A stretch of DNA of 64,000 nt from Laetmonice hystrix (taxonomy: Eukaryota). Positions 51,642 through 63,234 of this stretch are shown in pieces; the stretch's first letter is position 1, and each line of letters opens with the position of its first letter. The stretch is from assembly GCA_965235115.1 (NCBI GenBank), contig OZ249436.1:44208001-44272000 (forward strand), given 5' to 3'. A program made the position numbers and the translations under genes. The notes beneath the pieces are model-generated. The model made no database searches. It was not told the DNA's origin and saw only the letters and a list, made by a program, of their open reading frames with translations.

Positions 51642-54600
51642 ATGACGGATGATTGTAGTATGTGTCAGGATGTATTTAATTGGAACTGTCAATATTGTCT
51701 CTGTAAAATGCTTCCCTTCTTTAATGAGGACACCGATGCATACTCTAGCAACGTTACTAATGTTCCTAATAGGTATTCTTCTCTTAATATGGCAGACGAG
51801 ACCCGTCTTGACTTCATTGAGCAGGAGTGTGATATTACCGACTGGGGCAGGGAATTAGACCCAGATCATAATGTGTTTGGATCTCTCAATATTGATTGTA
51901 GTTACGAAGATATTGAACATTTCAAAGCCTCGGGTACAAATGAAACAAAGCTTATATGCCTAAACATTAGAAGTGTTCCGAAAAACCTAGACCATTTTAA
52001 AATACTCCTAGAGCCTGTCTTGGAATACTGTCCTTTAATCGGCCTAACGGAAACCTGGTTCAATATTAACACAGCAAATCTATACTCTCTCGAGGGGTTT
52101 AATGGGTTTCATACAATTCGATCATCTGGTAAGAGAGGAGGAGGAGTCTCTATATTTGTTAATAAGTCATACTCCGCCAACTACATTGAGCCGATCAGTT
52201 ACAGTTATCCATACATTGAAACGGTATTCGTAAAATTAACTAAGAATAATACGTTTGGCAACAGAGAAATGATCATCGGCTGTGTATATAGGCCGCCACA
52301 AGGTGATATAGACATTTTTAATGATAAAATTGCTGAAATATGTGAATATATCAACTCTAGTGGTTACTCGGCTTACATTTGTGGCGACTTTAACTTAGAT
52401 CTCTTACATTTTCGCATTAATTCCAAAATATCTGAGTTTCTCAATACCATGGTAACTAATGAATTTATTCCAGCTATTAATAGGCCTACGCGTTGGGGGG
52501 CAACAGGGTCTCGAACTTTAATTGACAACATCTTTGTTAAAATCAACTCTTATAACTTGTATAGTGGTACAGTACTAACGGATATTAGCGATCACTTCTT
52601 AATCTATGTAAATATCCACCTAGAAAAGAACAAATCGTACTCAGATACAGCTATAAAAAGGGATTTTTCCTCTAAGAATAGAACAAGTTTTATATTAGAC
52701 ATCTGTCAAACTAACTGGTCAGATTTGTTCAATATCAAGGCAACCCAAACCGCGTACACCTTTCTACACAAAGTCATCAATGAGAAATTTGAGGCACACT
52801 TCAAAATGAAGCCAGTTCCAAACAAATATAAGGGCAGACTACCATGGATCAATGAAGATCTCAAATCTGATATCAAAATAAAAAATAAGCTATACACTAA
52901 GTCAAAGAAGCATCCAACTCAATTGAATATTATTATGTATAAAGAATTCAAAAGAAGTGTACATAAAAAAATGATAAGAGCGAAGAGATCATATTATAAT
53001 AAGAAATTAGATGAAAATAAATCTAACCTAAAGAAATACTGGGATATAGTCAGAGAACTCATCAATAAAGGGAATAATGATAGGTACCCGGCTTACTACG
53101 TCAATGATGGTTCAATTTTAAAAAATGATTTGGATATAGCTAATAAGTTTAATGAATTCTTCGTTAAAGTAGGACCAAATCTAGCCAAACAAATCCCACA
53201 GCCAGAGGTAAGCTATAAGCTCCCTGGTAACTTTCCACAATCATTTTTTCTTGAGCCCACCTGTTGTGATGAACTTAGGAGTACTATCAAGACTATCAAT
53301 AAGGCCGCCCCTGGATGGGATGGGCTGACATATAATATTTTCAGCTCGATAGCTGACTTCATCCTAAAACCTCTTCAACATATCATAAACCTCTCATTTG
53401 CTGAAGGGGTGGTACCCGCAGAAATAAAAATTGCCAAGATAAAACCAATATTTAAAGCAGAAGATCCTCACTTGTTCAATAATTATCGCCCAATCTCGAT
53501 ACTACCAATTATCTCAAAGCTTTTTGAAAAATTGGTTCATAAAAGATTACTTAAATTTCTTAAACGTCATGGAATACTTTATAACTACCAATTTGGATTT
53601 AGGGAAAAACATTCAACGGAATTAGCTCTGAACTTCTTAAATAATTACATTGCAAGCTCCTTTGAAAATGGAAAGTATACTCTAGGAATTTTCTTAGATT
53701 TTAGTAAGGCTTTCGATACTGTTAACCTAGGTATCCTAATAGAAAAATTAAACCACTATGGAATCAGGGGAACCCCTTTAAATTGGTTCAAAAGTTATTT
53801 ATCGGATAGGCACCAACACGTTAAATATAACGATGCCACGTCGCTTAACAAAATAATAACTACAGGCGTTCCACAAGGATCCATTTTAGGGCCCCTGCTC
53901 TTCCTTATATACATAAATGATCTATCGAATGTATCTTCCGAATTCATATTAAACTTATTCGCTGATGACAGTGCCTTCTTTTTACAGGGCGAAGACCCTG
54001 CTGACTTAATAAGCATGGCTAACCAAGAGCTTAAGAACATTGTCAACTGGCTTAGAATGAATAAATTATCTCTAAATGTTAAAAAATCTAAATATATCCT
54101 CTTCTCCAGAAAAGGTGTTAACCCTAACTGTAACTTAAAACTATACTTAAATAATATAGAAGTAGAGCGTGTAGCACAAATAAAATATCTGGGGTACATT
54201 ATTGATGAAAAACTATCTTGGAAAGGGCATGTAAATTACATCGCATTAAAAATTAGCAAAAATATTGCCGTCTTAAATAAACTTGTCAAGATACTTGATA
54301 GAGAGAATCTCCATAATTTCTATTATAGCCTTATTTACCCATACCTTATTAATGGTACCACGATCTGGGGAACATCCAGTACAAATACCCTTAATCCCTT
54401 AGTTAAATTACAAAAAAGAGCTGTGAGAATACTTACCAATAGTAGCAGACGTCAACATACGCTACCGCTTTTTAGAAATTTAAATATACTTCCCCTCAAG
54501 TGGCTATATGCGTATAACGTACTCATATTTATGTTCAAGCTTAGAAATGATCTTCTCCCTGAAGTCTGTACCGAACTCTTTATCGAATATCAGGACGTTG

Positions 54601-54794
54601 CCGTAAGAAACACTAGACAGTTAAATCTATGTTTATATCATGTGCCAAATTATAGAACCAAATATTTCGAAAACACCATCATCATCCAAGGCCCAAAATT
54701 TGCTAACAAATATAAAACCGTGCTGGAAACCCAATGTAGTATTGGAACATATAAAAGAATGGTAAAGAGCCTACTTTTCTCAAACATGAGTTAA
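51642..54794 (+). CDS. LINE ORF2p: N-terminal Cys motif, APE-type endonuclease and reverse transcriptase (1050 aa)
   Basis: CxxC...LPF start; LNIRS, GLTETW, GGGV, VYRPP, GDFN, IDNIF, ISDH (EN); YRPISIL, QFGFR, FLDFSKAFDTV, GVPQGSILGPLLF, FADD, IKYLG (RT). Confidence 0.96.
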   Translation: MTDDCSMCQDVFNWNCQYCLCKMLPFFNEDTDAYSSNVTNVPNRYSSLNMADETRLDFIEQECDITDWGRELDPDHNVFGSLNIDCSYEDIEHFKASGTNETKLICLNIRSVPKNLDHFKILLEPVLEYCPLIGLTETWFNINTANLYSLEGFNGFHTIRSSGKRGGGVSIFVNKSYSANYIEPISYSYPYIETVFVKLTKNNTFGNREMIIGCVYRPPQGDIDIFNDKIAEICEYINSSGYSAYICGDFNLDLLHFRINSKISEFLNTMVTNEFIPAINRPTRWGATGSRTLIDNIFVKINSYNLYSGTVLTDISDHFLIYVNIHLEKNKSYSDTAIKRDFSSKNRTSFILDICQTNWSDLFNIKATQTAYTFLHKVINEKFEAHFKMKPVPNKYKGRLPWINEDLKSDIKIKNKLYTKSKKHPTQLNIIMYKEFKRSVHKKMIRAKRSYYNKKLDENKSNLKKYWDIVRELINKGNNDRYPAYYVNDGSILKNDLDIANKFNEFFVKVGPNLAKQIPQPEVSYKLPGNFPQSFFLEPTCCDELRSTIKTINKAAPGWDGLTYNIFSSIADFILKPLQHIINLSFAEGVVPAEIKIAKIKPIFKAEDPHLFNNYRPISILPIISKLFEKLVHKRLLKFLKRHGILYNYQFGFREKHSTELALNFLNNYIASSFENGKYTLGIFLDFSKAFDTVNLGILIEKLNHYGIRGTPLNWFKSYLSDRHQHVKYNDATSLNKIITTGVPQGSILGPLLFLIYINDLSNVSSEFILNLFADDSAFFLQGEDPADLISMANQELKNIVNWLRMNKLSLNVKKSKYILFSRKGVNPNCNLKLYLNNIEVERVAQIKYLGYIIDEKLSWKGHVNYIALKISKNIAVLNKLVKILDRENLHNFYYSLIYPYLINGTTIWGTSSTNTLNPLVKLQKRAVRILTNSSRRQHTLPLFRNLNILPLKWLYAYNVLIFMFKLRNDLLPEVCTELFIEYQDVAVRNTRQLNLCLYHVPNYRTKYFENTIIIQGPKFANKYKTVLETQCSIGTYKRMVKSLLFSNMS

Positions 54795-55187
54795 TATCCT
54801 TAACATCTACCTTGTTCTCTGCGTACTAATGAATATCTAGGGAATCTTATCTAGCTTATCATAGTTAAAATATCTTGTTACATGTCTTTGTCTATATTGT
54901 CTTTATGTTTGTCTGATTGTGGCTGTGTTTACACCTGTATGCGTGTTGGTGTATGTTTATATATGTTAAAGAAAATTCCAGTATGTACAAAAATATATCC
55001 TATCCATCAAGTGAAATTGTTTTAAAATCCGTAAGAACAGACGACATCACAACAAGTTATTTTTAAACTTCCTGGTGTCCAAATCTCAGCAGAGTGTAAA
55101 TCCTGAATTATCAAATTGTCCTACTGTATGTGTTCTGTATGTTCTGTACTGTGTGTATGTTACGTATTATGTATTAAAGTATGTTGA

Positions 55188-55223
<36 letters not shown>

Positions 55224-55839
55224 AGGACCTTTAGTAAAACCAGCTCCAGGGTCGGAACTTTCATCGCGCCCCATTATCCCCTGCTCAGCCATACCTCCTC
55301 CACCCCACGCCAGCGAGTGCCCCCGCGACGCCAGAGCTCAACCCTGAACTTTCATAACGGTCGGAACTTTGGACGCGCTGTATAATGCGACGGAAGTTCA
55401 CCGGGGGGCGAGTGGTTTAGCCTATATTGTCTATATTGACTACGTATATATTGAGCCAGGTGAAGGCTAATCAAAGCGAGCATTGTGATTGGCCCATCGA
55501 AAACATGGACGCAAACGAGGTAGTTCTGTACCATCCGTATTTCTCCAACAAGATACAGATATTTTCGTCAATCTCTTTAAAATACAAGTGTTAAATGTCC
55601 TCGCCTTTCTGGGTGTAATCATAGCGTCATCGGTCCCCACACCTGCTACGGTCTGCATAGATCTACGCATGACAACTGGTTTACTGTTCTACATTATTTA
55701 TTAAAAGGATACTTGGCTTCCCGTGTGGAAAGGAAATATGTACCAAGATTTGATTCCGTCAGAATATTGCGACATGCAGCGCCACCTGGGCGTGATCATG
55801 GATACAACATTCACGAGTGAATGATTTAAATGTAGATCG

Positions 55840-57845
55840 AAATGTATGCCTCAAAGTGTGAACGTCAGAAATGTATGCCTCAAAGTGTGAACGTCAGAAA
55901 TGTATGCCTCAAAGTGTGAACGTCGGAAATGTATGCCTCAAAGTGTGAACGTCAGAAATGTATGCCTCAAAGTGTGAACGTCAGAAATATATGCCTTAAA
56001 GCCGACGTTTTAAACCTAAGACCGGTCTCACTCCTCCCCATCCCAGGAAAACTAATGGAGAAGGTGGTAGGTAACAGACTTCGCAACCATCTCGAAGAAA
56101 ATAACCTGCTAGACGAGCGACAAAGTGGATTCCGTCCGAACCACTCTACCACTGGCGCAGTGGTAAACCTTGTAGATAAACTTTTTAAAGCACTGAATGA
56201 CGGAGAAGTCACGATTGCCACTTTCATAGACCTATCAAAAGCTTTTGATACGGTTAATCACTCGATTCTCTTAAAAAAATTAGATTTTTTAGGAGTCAAA
56301 GGTCTATCGCAACAATGGTTCACTGATTATCTCACCAACCGTTCCCAATGCACATCATGCAACAACGCTCTCTCAGAGAAAAAGGAAATAGTCTGTGGAG
56401 TACCGCAAGGATCGGTTCTGGGCCCTCTACTCTTCCTAGTTTATGTAAATGATATGTTTACTGCCATACGCTTTTCAAACATCCAACTCCATGCAGATGA
56501 TACCGTAGTCTTTAAGTCTGGCAGAGCCATCGCTGATGTCACCAGGCATATCCAAGATGACTTGACTGGCTTAGCTGAATGGGCTGTGAGTAATAAGCTG
56601 ACTATCAACCCTAAAAAGACTAAATATGTACTATATGGGTTAAAATCACAAACCAAAAAGATCAAGAACCATAACCTGGTGTTTAATAACAGGAATATTG
56701 AACGGACATACTGCTATAAATATTTAGGAATTACTCTGGATGCTCAATTAACCTTCAACAAGCATATTGACAACTGTCACCGACTAGCTGCACACAAAAC
56801 TTATATATTAGCTAAGATAAGGGGGCTTATTACATTCCAAGCGAGCTTAGCGATATATAAAACTATGATTCTTCCCATCCTGGATTATGGGGACATCATA
56901 TATGATGGTGGTAACCAGTCGGATATGAAAAAGCTCCAAACTTTACAGAACCGCGGTCTCAGAATCTGTATTAATGAAATGGGTTATATTTCAACCATCG
57001 ACTTACATCGAAGGTGTAACACTGCAAAATTAGCCCCACGAAGGCTGGCACACCTCAGAAACTTTATGTACAAGCAACAAAACTCACTAGATATTGTTGA
57101 TACTCGAAACATTACTACCAGAACTCATGAGGCCCTAGTGTTTAAGGTCCCGCAACCTAAACTGGAAAAATTTAAGAGAAACCCGCTATATAGAGGTGCC
57201 ATAGCCTGGAATGACCTAACTGTAAGCATACGAAACATCCCAACATACAACCAGTTTAAGTACTATCAGAAGAACTGTATGCTGAGCTCAACCCTTTTCC
57301 CAGTTGATGAATGAACTTACCATTGCGGTGTGCATTGTTCGGCCCTGTGTAACACTTATGTCGCTCCAATTGTATGATAGCGTCTTGTGATAGCAGTTAA
57401 AATGTGCATGAGCATGTGTATGGCCCAGAGTTTACGACTGTACTGTGATATATTGCACGGCATGTACTATAATAACTCACGACTGAGTTTCTTACGTTGG
57501 TAACTGAACTCATTTGTGCTGTCTCTCATACGTATCTATGTTTATATTACTTTTAAAGACTAAGAGCCCAGGGAGGGCCTTGTTTTCTCTAAATGTTTAT
57601 TAAATATACAGAATTCTGTAATTGTGAAACTCTCCGACGCTGTACAACTTGCTGGCTGACTGTGAAAACCAGCGGCAACGCTGACGTCTAGCCAGGGTAA
57701 ATAAAGCAATCAAAAAAAACCCCAAAAAAACACGTCAGAAATGTATGCCTCAAAGTGTGAACGTCAGGAATGTATGCCTCAAAGTGCGAACGTCAGAAAT
57801 ATATGCCTCAAAGTGTGAACGTCAGAAATGTACCTATGCCTCAAA
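55840..57845. repeat. 29-bp minisatellite (aaatgtatgcctcaaagtgtgaacgtcag)n split into 55840-55996 and 57732-57845 by a LINE
   Basis: Same unit on both sides of the RT element. Confidence 0.9.
55997..57731 (+). mobile_element. 5'-truncated CR1/L2-group LINE (third family); RT frame open to 57314
   Basis: LRPVSLL, QSGFR, FIDLSKAFDTV, GVPQGSVLGPLLF, HADD, YKYLG; 3'UTR ending aataaa plus A-rich tail. Confidence 0.92.
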
Positions 57846-58195
57846 GGGGACCGAACGGTTTGGCAGGGCAGGGGGCGGGACCGAATGGTTTGGCAGGGCA
57901 GGGGGCGGGGGCCGAATGGTTTGGCAGGGCAGGGGGCGGGGACCGAACGGTTTGGCAGAGCAGGGGGCGGGGCCCGAACGGTTTGGCAGTGCAGGGGGCG
58001 GGGCCGGAAGGGTTTGGCAGGGCAGGAGGCGGGGACCGAACGGTTTGGCAGGGCAGGGGGGCGGGACCGAACGGTTTGGCAGGGCAGTGGGCGGGGACCG
58101 AACGGTTTGGCAGGGCAGTGGGCGGGGACCGAACGGTTTGGCAGGGCAGGGGGCGGGGACCGAACGGTTTGGCAGGGCAGGTGGCCGAACGGTTG
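57846..58195. repeat. ~31-bp G-rich minisatellite (ggggaccgaacggtttggcagggcagggggc)n
   Basis: About 11 units. Confidence 0.93.
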
Positions 58196-58278
58196 GCCGA
58201 ACCCCATGCATCATTGTAAAATGAAAAGCAGCACTACTATTTACCCGACTCAACAAGATATAAAATCACAGACTCCCC

Positions 58279-58880
58279 TACGGAGCCCTGTTGGGGACAT
58301 GAAGAGAAAACATTTTATGGTGATCTCGAAATTACCACTTAGTGACGTCATTAACTCGTTATTACGACTTAATGATGTCAAAGTCGTTATTACGAGTTAA
58401 TCGTGTTCGTTTCAGAGAAAAAAATTGTGGTGATCTCGAAATTACCACTTAGTGACGTCATTAACTCGTTATTCCGATTTAATGACGTCACGAAGTCGTT
58501 ATTACGAGTTAATCGCGTTCGTTTCAGAGAAATGTTTTTGTGGTGAATTCGAAATTACCACGTCATTAACTCATTATTACGACTTAACCACCTCATTATG
58601 TGGTAATATCGAGATCAACACAATTTTTCTTGTCTGAACGCCATTAACTGGTAATAACGACTTAGTGACGTCATTAAGTCGTAATAAAGAGTTAATGACG
58701 TCACTAAGTGGTAATTTCGAGATCACCACAAAAATTTATCTCTGAAACGAATGCGATTAACTCGTAATAACGCCTTAGTGACGTCATTAAGTCATAATAA
58801 CGAGTTAATGACGTCACTAAGTGGTAATTTCGAGATCACCACAAATTTTTTTCTCTTCATGTCTTCAACAGGGTTCCGTA
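58279..58880. mobile_element. Foldback MITE with internal tandem subrepeats
   Basis: tacggagccctgttggggacatgaagagaaaa ... ttttctcttcatgtcttcaacagggttccgta; arms contain inverted ~110-bp repeats. Confidence 0.75.
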
Positions 58881-59848
58881 CTCCCTCCCCCATAAAAAAA
58901 AAGAAAAAAAGAAAGGAATCCTTATGATGACTGACTGAGTAACGGTTGGTGGGGGGGGGGGGGGTCTAAGTAACGTATATCTCGAGCCGTGGCCGGTAGA
59001 TGTCGCTCCTGCTTTACTGATTTACATCAAAATCCTTTTACCTTTATTTATATATTTATTGGGCTTCAGGAAACCCACTTCCTGCCGTGATGTGCAGTCT
59101 TCCGCCGCAACGGACCGTTTCTGCGCCGCCCATCTTCTGGCAGATCTGTGGTGAGAGCTGCAGCAGCAGCTGGAGCAGCAGCGTGGGAAATAGTGGCTAG
59201 AGACACGCAAGGGGGCAGTTCTGACTGTACAGCTAGTGTAGGAGAGGACAGCCTGCAGCCCTGGGCGTGGCGCTCGAGTTATCGAAACCCCAATCACTTC
59301 AGACAATGTGCAACTGCTACTAACCGAACGACCGACGGACCAATCAGCAATGTGACTCGGTAAAACGGTTGTTTACCCTTCACTCCGGGATATAATGAGG
59401 CCGACTGCGAGCGAGCGAGCGAGCGTAATTAAAAGAAAGGATACTTTTCAAGTGAATGGTACGGAAATGTGAAAACAGGATCTGGTCATGATATCATCAT
59501 GTGTAATGCTATCTGCAATGGTTACGTAACTGTAACTGTAATGGTTAATTGCAGTTAATTGGTTTGTTGTCACCAGAATGTTCACACGATCAGATTAGAG
59601 CATATATTATGTTGATTTGGCATACTTTGTGGTGATACCTCCAACCATACGATATGTAACAGCAGTGCCGTTTGAGAGAACCCACAGTCACGAGTTTGCA
59701 AGTACAGCTTGTAAACACAGACGCGACTTGCATCAGCTAGTGACTCTGTGTTCAATGGTGAGTGGACGTACACGGTGTGAAAGCTGATACTCTCCGCAAG
59801 GCTGGGGTGAAAGCAGGTTGACTAAACTCCACACACCCCAAGTGTGTG

Positions 59849-60144
59849 ATGGCCGAAGGAGGATCCCTAAACGCATCCGTGAATGTTGACGCAGTAACTC
59901 CGGAGTTGTACGGAGATGTGGAGATGAGATCCAGTTCGACGGTTTCCGAGGATGAGGGCACAGCGAGAGGGTGGATCAATGTGCCCGGGATGGGGTATAA
60001 CGGCTCGGCGGCCGCCGCCGCCAGCCTGGCCGCCGGACCGCCGCAGATCTCCTCCCAGGTACACGCAGCTGTCGGCGTCTATATGATTGCAGTAACATTG
60101 CTGGGATCGGTCGGCAATGGGGCCGTTATCATCACTTTTACCAG
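59849..60144 (+). CDS. First coding exon of an opsin-like class A GPCR (N-terminus + TM1); remaining exons not seen in the window
   Basis: MAEGGSLNAS...GYNGS...ISSQVHAAVGVYMIAVTLLGSVGNGAVIITFTR|gtaggt: N-glycosylation sequons, TM1 with GxxGN; the H...G.....GN..VI..F.R pattern with a phase-2 intron after TM1 resembles melanopsin/r-opsin-type genes. Confidence 0.75.
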
Positions 60145-60519
60145 GTAGGTCCAAGGACAGGTAGTAAAGAAAACATACAACCACCCTCAAACGTAGGCAT
60201 TTCTGTCGTAGTCATTATGACACATAACGGTCCTGAAAGTAATGGTGGTGAATCGTGACGGATTACATTATGAAACAAATCTTGAAGAGATATGGCATCC
60301 AACATGCCTGCAACCTTTCATACGAGCTCTTATGATTATTATTTGCCCGGCCACGCGTGTTGTACATTCAATTATCCATTCCTTGGATTTCAATATCGTT
60401 TTTGTTTAGAAATTTACAGGTGGCACCTCTAGATATATGTGGGTAGAAGGAAAGAACACAGTGAGAAGTTATTGTTACACAGGAGTACATTCCGGCACCG
60501 GTTTGTGATCTCATGTTAA

Positions 60520-60813
60520 AGGGATGGTAAACACACACGGCAAATAAGGTTTCGCAGCCCAAATGGAACACCAGCATTTACCTCAGGGCAATAAATGCCA
60601 CAATGCTCACAGACCTTGTCTACACGATGTTTGGAGTCTCAACGTTTGTAAACGTCCGGGCAGAGCAAGGTTAGAACCAGTGGCGTCACACATCGGGCAG
60701 TTACACGTTAATTACTTCATTCAGACAACGTAATTGTGGCATTTATTGCCCTGAGGTAAATGCTGGTATTTCATTTGGTCTACGAAACCTTATTTGCCGT
60801 GTGTATTTTCCCT
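60520..60813. mobile_element. Kolobok-like MITE in GPCR intron
   Basis: TTAA|aggga...acacacggcaaataaggtttcg ... cgaaaccttatttgccgtgtgt...tccct|TTAA. Confidence 0.75.
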
Positions 60814-60925
60814 TTAAGTAGGCATACACCATAATAGAGCGGAATGTTATACCACATGTTGGCAGTGTCCTCATGCCGCAACGCGAGAGCCTTGGATTCA
60901 CATCTCATCGGATTCAATACACACT

Positions 60926-61444
60926 TAATAGACCTGCCATGGCAGGGAGTACCTTACAAGGAAGGAAATAGACCTGCCATGACAGGGAGTACCTTACAAG
61001 GAATGAAACAGACCTCCCATGACAGGGAGTACCTTACAAGGAATGAAATAGACCTCCCCTGACAGGGAGTACCTTACAAGGAATGAAATAGACCTCCCCT
61101 GACAGGGAGTACCTTACAAGGAATGAAATAGACCTCCCATGACAGGGAGTACCTTACAAGGATGAAATAGACCTCCCCTGACAGGGAGTACCTTACAAGG
61201 AATGAAACAGACCTCCCATGACAGGGAGTACCTTACAAGGATGAAATAGACCTCCCCTGACAGGGAGTACCTTACAAGGAATGAAATAGACCTCCCATGA
61301 CAGGGAGTACCTTACAAGGAATGAAAAAGACCGGCTATGACAGGGAGTACCTTACAAGGAATGAAAAAGACCGGCTATGACAGGGAGTACCTTACAAGGA
61401 AGGAAATAGACCTCCCATGACAGGGAGTACCTTACAAGGAATGA
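60926..61444. repeat. 40-bp minisatellite (gacagggagtaccttacaaggaatgaaatagacctcccmt)n
   Basis: About 13 units. Confidence 0.95.
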
Positions 61445-62899
61445 CCATCCAATTAACCAATCGATGACAGCCATTCATCGGGAGCCAGTGACAGCCGAGA
61501 CTGTACATTCTGTGAGAAGGGACAAAATAGTGAGGTTATTATGCCTTATTAATAGTGATGTGTCGGGCTGACCGATTCTCCATTCCTCATATCCGGGTAA
61601 AGACCATTAATTGTCTCTGTATGCACGTATAATGGAAGGTTGTTAAGAAACCTTACACCTGACACCTTACACAACTCCTGCAGGAGTAACGTCGGTGAGC
61701 AAGTAACAGGTCACCAAGTACAGTCCTCTAGAATAAAACAAAAACAAAAAACAATAAAGTCAGTGGAAGTGTTAATAGGTGGGCAAATCGAATGAACTGT
61801 AATCAAAAACTCATTCGTTTTCTTATCAAAATGTCGAAATGATTACATTTTGTATCAGGCATCGTGTTCGTGACTACAGTACGTTAAGCCTGACGAACCT
61901 CATGCCCTTTTTATCGGTTAATCGGTCGAGAATAAATTGTTAATATTTGTCCGTTTTCCTGTCAATACAGTCTCGCGCGGCGGTCATGTCTGAGATACAC
62001 TCCGATAATCGTGGTTAGCATGTTCAAAATACATAAACCATGTTATGGTCTCATCACGAAAATACTTTAATTAAGTTAAAGTCTTAATTAATTAAGTTAG
62101 GCAACAACATTAAGTTTGACAACAACACACCAAAATCGTGTGAGGGACCCCCCCCCAAAAAAAAAAAAAAAAAAACGGTTGGCCATTATAATAATACATT
62201 GAAATTGGGGGCAAAAGTTTCTTTTTAGTGCTCAAGAAAGTTTCCATTGTGTTTACACACCCTTTAAAAAAAAAAACGTTTGGAAATTTGTTGTTAGTCA
62301 CTTCTATCTCGGTAATTTGTGATCTGATCATATCATGTCGTATATCAATGGAAATCCCATTCATACGTCATCACAACGACCTCGCGAGTTGACTGAGTTC
62401 GTCCCAGTTGCCAGCCAACAGGGACTGACGTCGCCGGTCCTTAAAAATATACCTCCAATGCGAACTCACGGCTGTGGACAATTCGTCGTGAATCATGCCG
62501 TTTGATCGTTTTGATTCCTTATCACTGCGCCAGGGGAGCATATCATCACACAGGGAGTCAAGCACTCCTCCATTATGGCCCGAGATCCAGGCCCACTTCT
62601 TAGATAATAGCTGCTCCCTATGTTTATTTAAAATGGCCGCCGTCCGTGACGTCGAAGTGCCCGCTTCGTTTGAAAAATCACCTGAATCTGCTTTGTAGAA
62701 GGACTTGAGCTAAATTCATTACACTCAATGGCTGAAGGTAAAGGCAAAACATTATTTGAAATGATTGGCTATGGGCGCTGTAGCCTCTCATTCTGGGTTC
62801 ATTACAAAATCTCTCATGGGCATAAGCTTAGCTCATGGGCATAAGCATTTAAAAGCCGATTATACGAGGCCTATCACTAGAGGCAACCTCGCGAGGAGA

Positions 62900-63234
62900 G
62901 TGAGTGAGTGAGTAGTTGGTGTTTAACGCCCAGTCAGCAGTATTTCAGCTATTTCAGGGCGAGAACAAGGTAACTAACTCAGTCGGTGAAATCCATTGGG
63001 TGATAATGAGATGATAGAAGGAAACCTGGCATCGGGGCGAACCCCTACTCTTATCGATAGGCGCCAAGGGATCTTTAACGTGCCCCTCCACATAGACGTA
63101 TCGTGACACGGCCGGCCTTTGATAAAGCAGTCGGCAGCACTGCTTATGCAGGAGAGTCCGGCGCGGCCGTGGATCGAACCCAAAACCCTTGGATCAAAGG
63201 TCCCGTGCTCTAACCACTGCGCCACCCCGCCCCC
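62900..63234 (-). mobile_element. Full-length tRNA-derived SINE with 13-bp TSD
   Basis: Minus strand: A box TGGCGCAGTGG, B box GGTTCGATCC, central body, tail ...ggcgttaaacaccaact(actc)n; TSD cctcgcgaggaga at 62887-62899 and 63235-63247. Confidence 0.9.

Larger units (their letters stand above)
49786..55221 (+). mobile_element. Full-length, apparently intact CR1/L2-group LINE (5'UTR, ORF1 with NADAR domain, ORF2 EN+RT, 3'UTR, poly(A))
   Basis: Two uninterrupted ORFs, ~400-bp 3'UTR, ~30-nt A tail at 55191-55221, an A-run immediately 5' (49775-49785). Confidence 0.93.

Noticed and set aside
57745..58400. Gly/Arg-rich ORFs
   Set aside because: Translations of two adjacent minisatellites.
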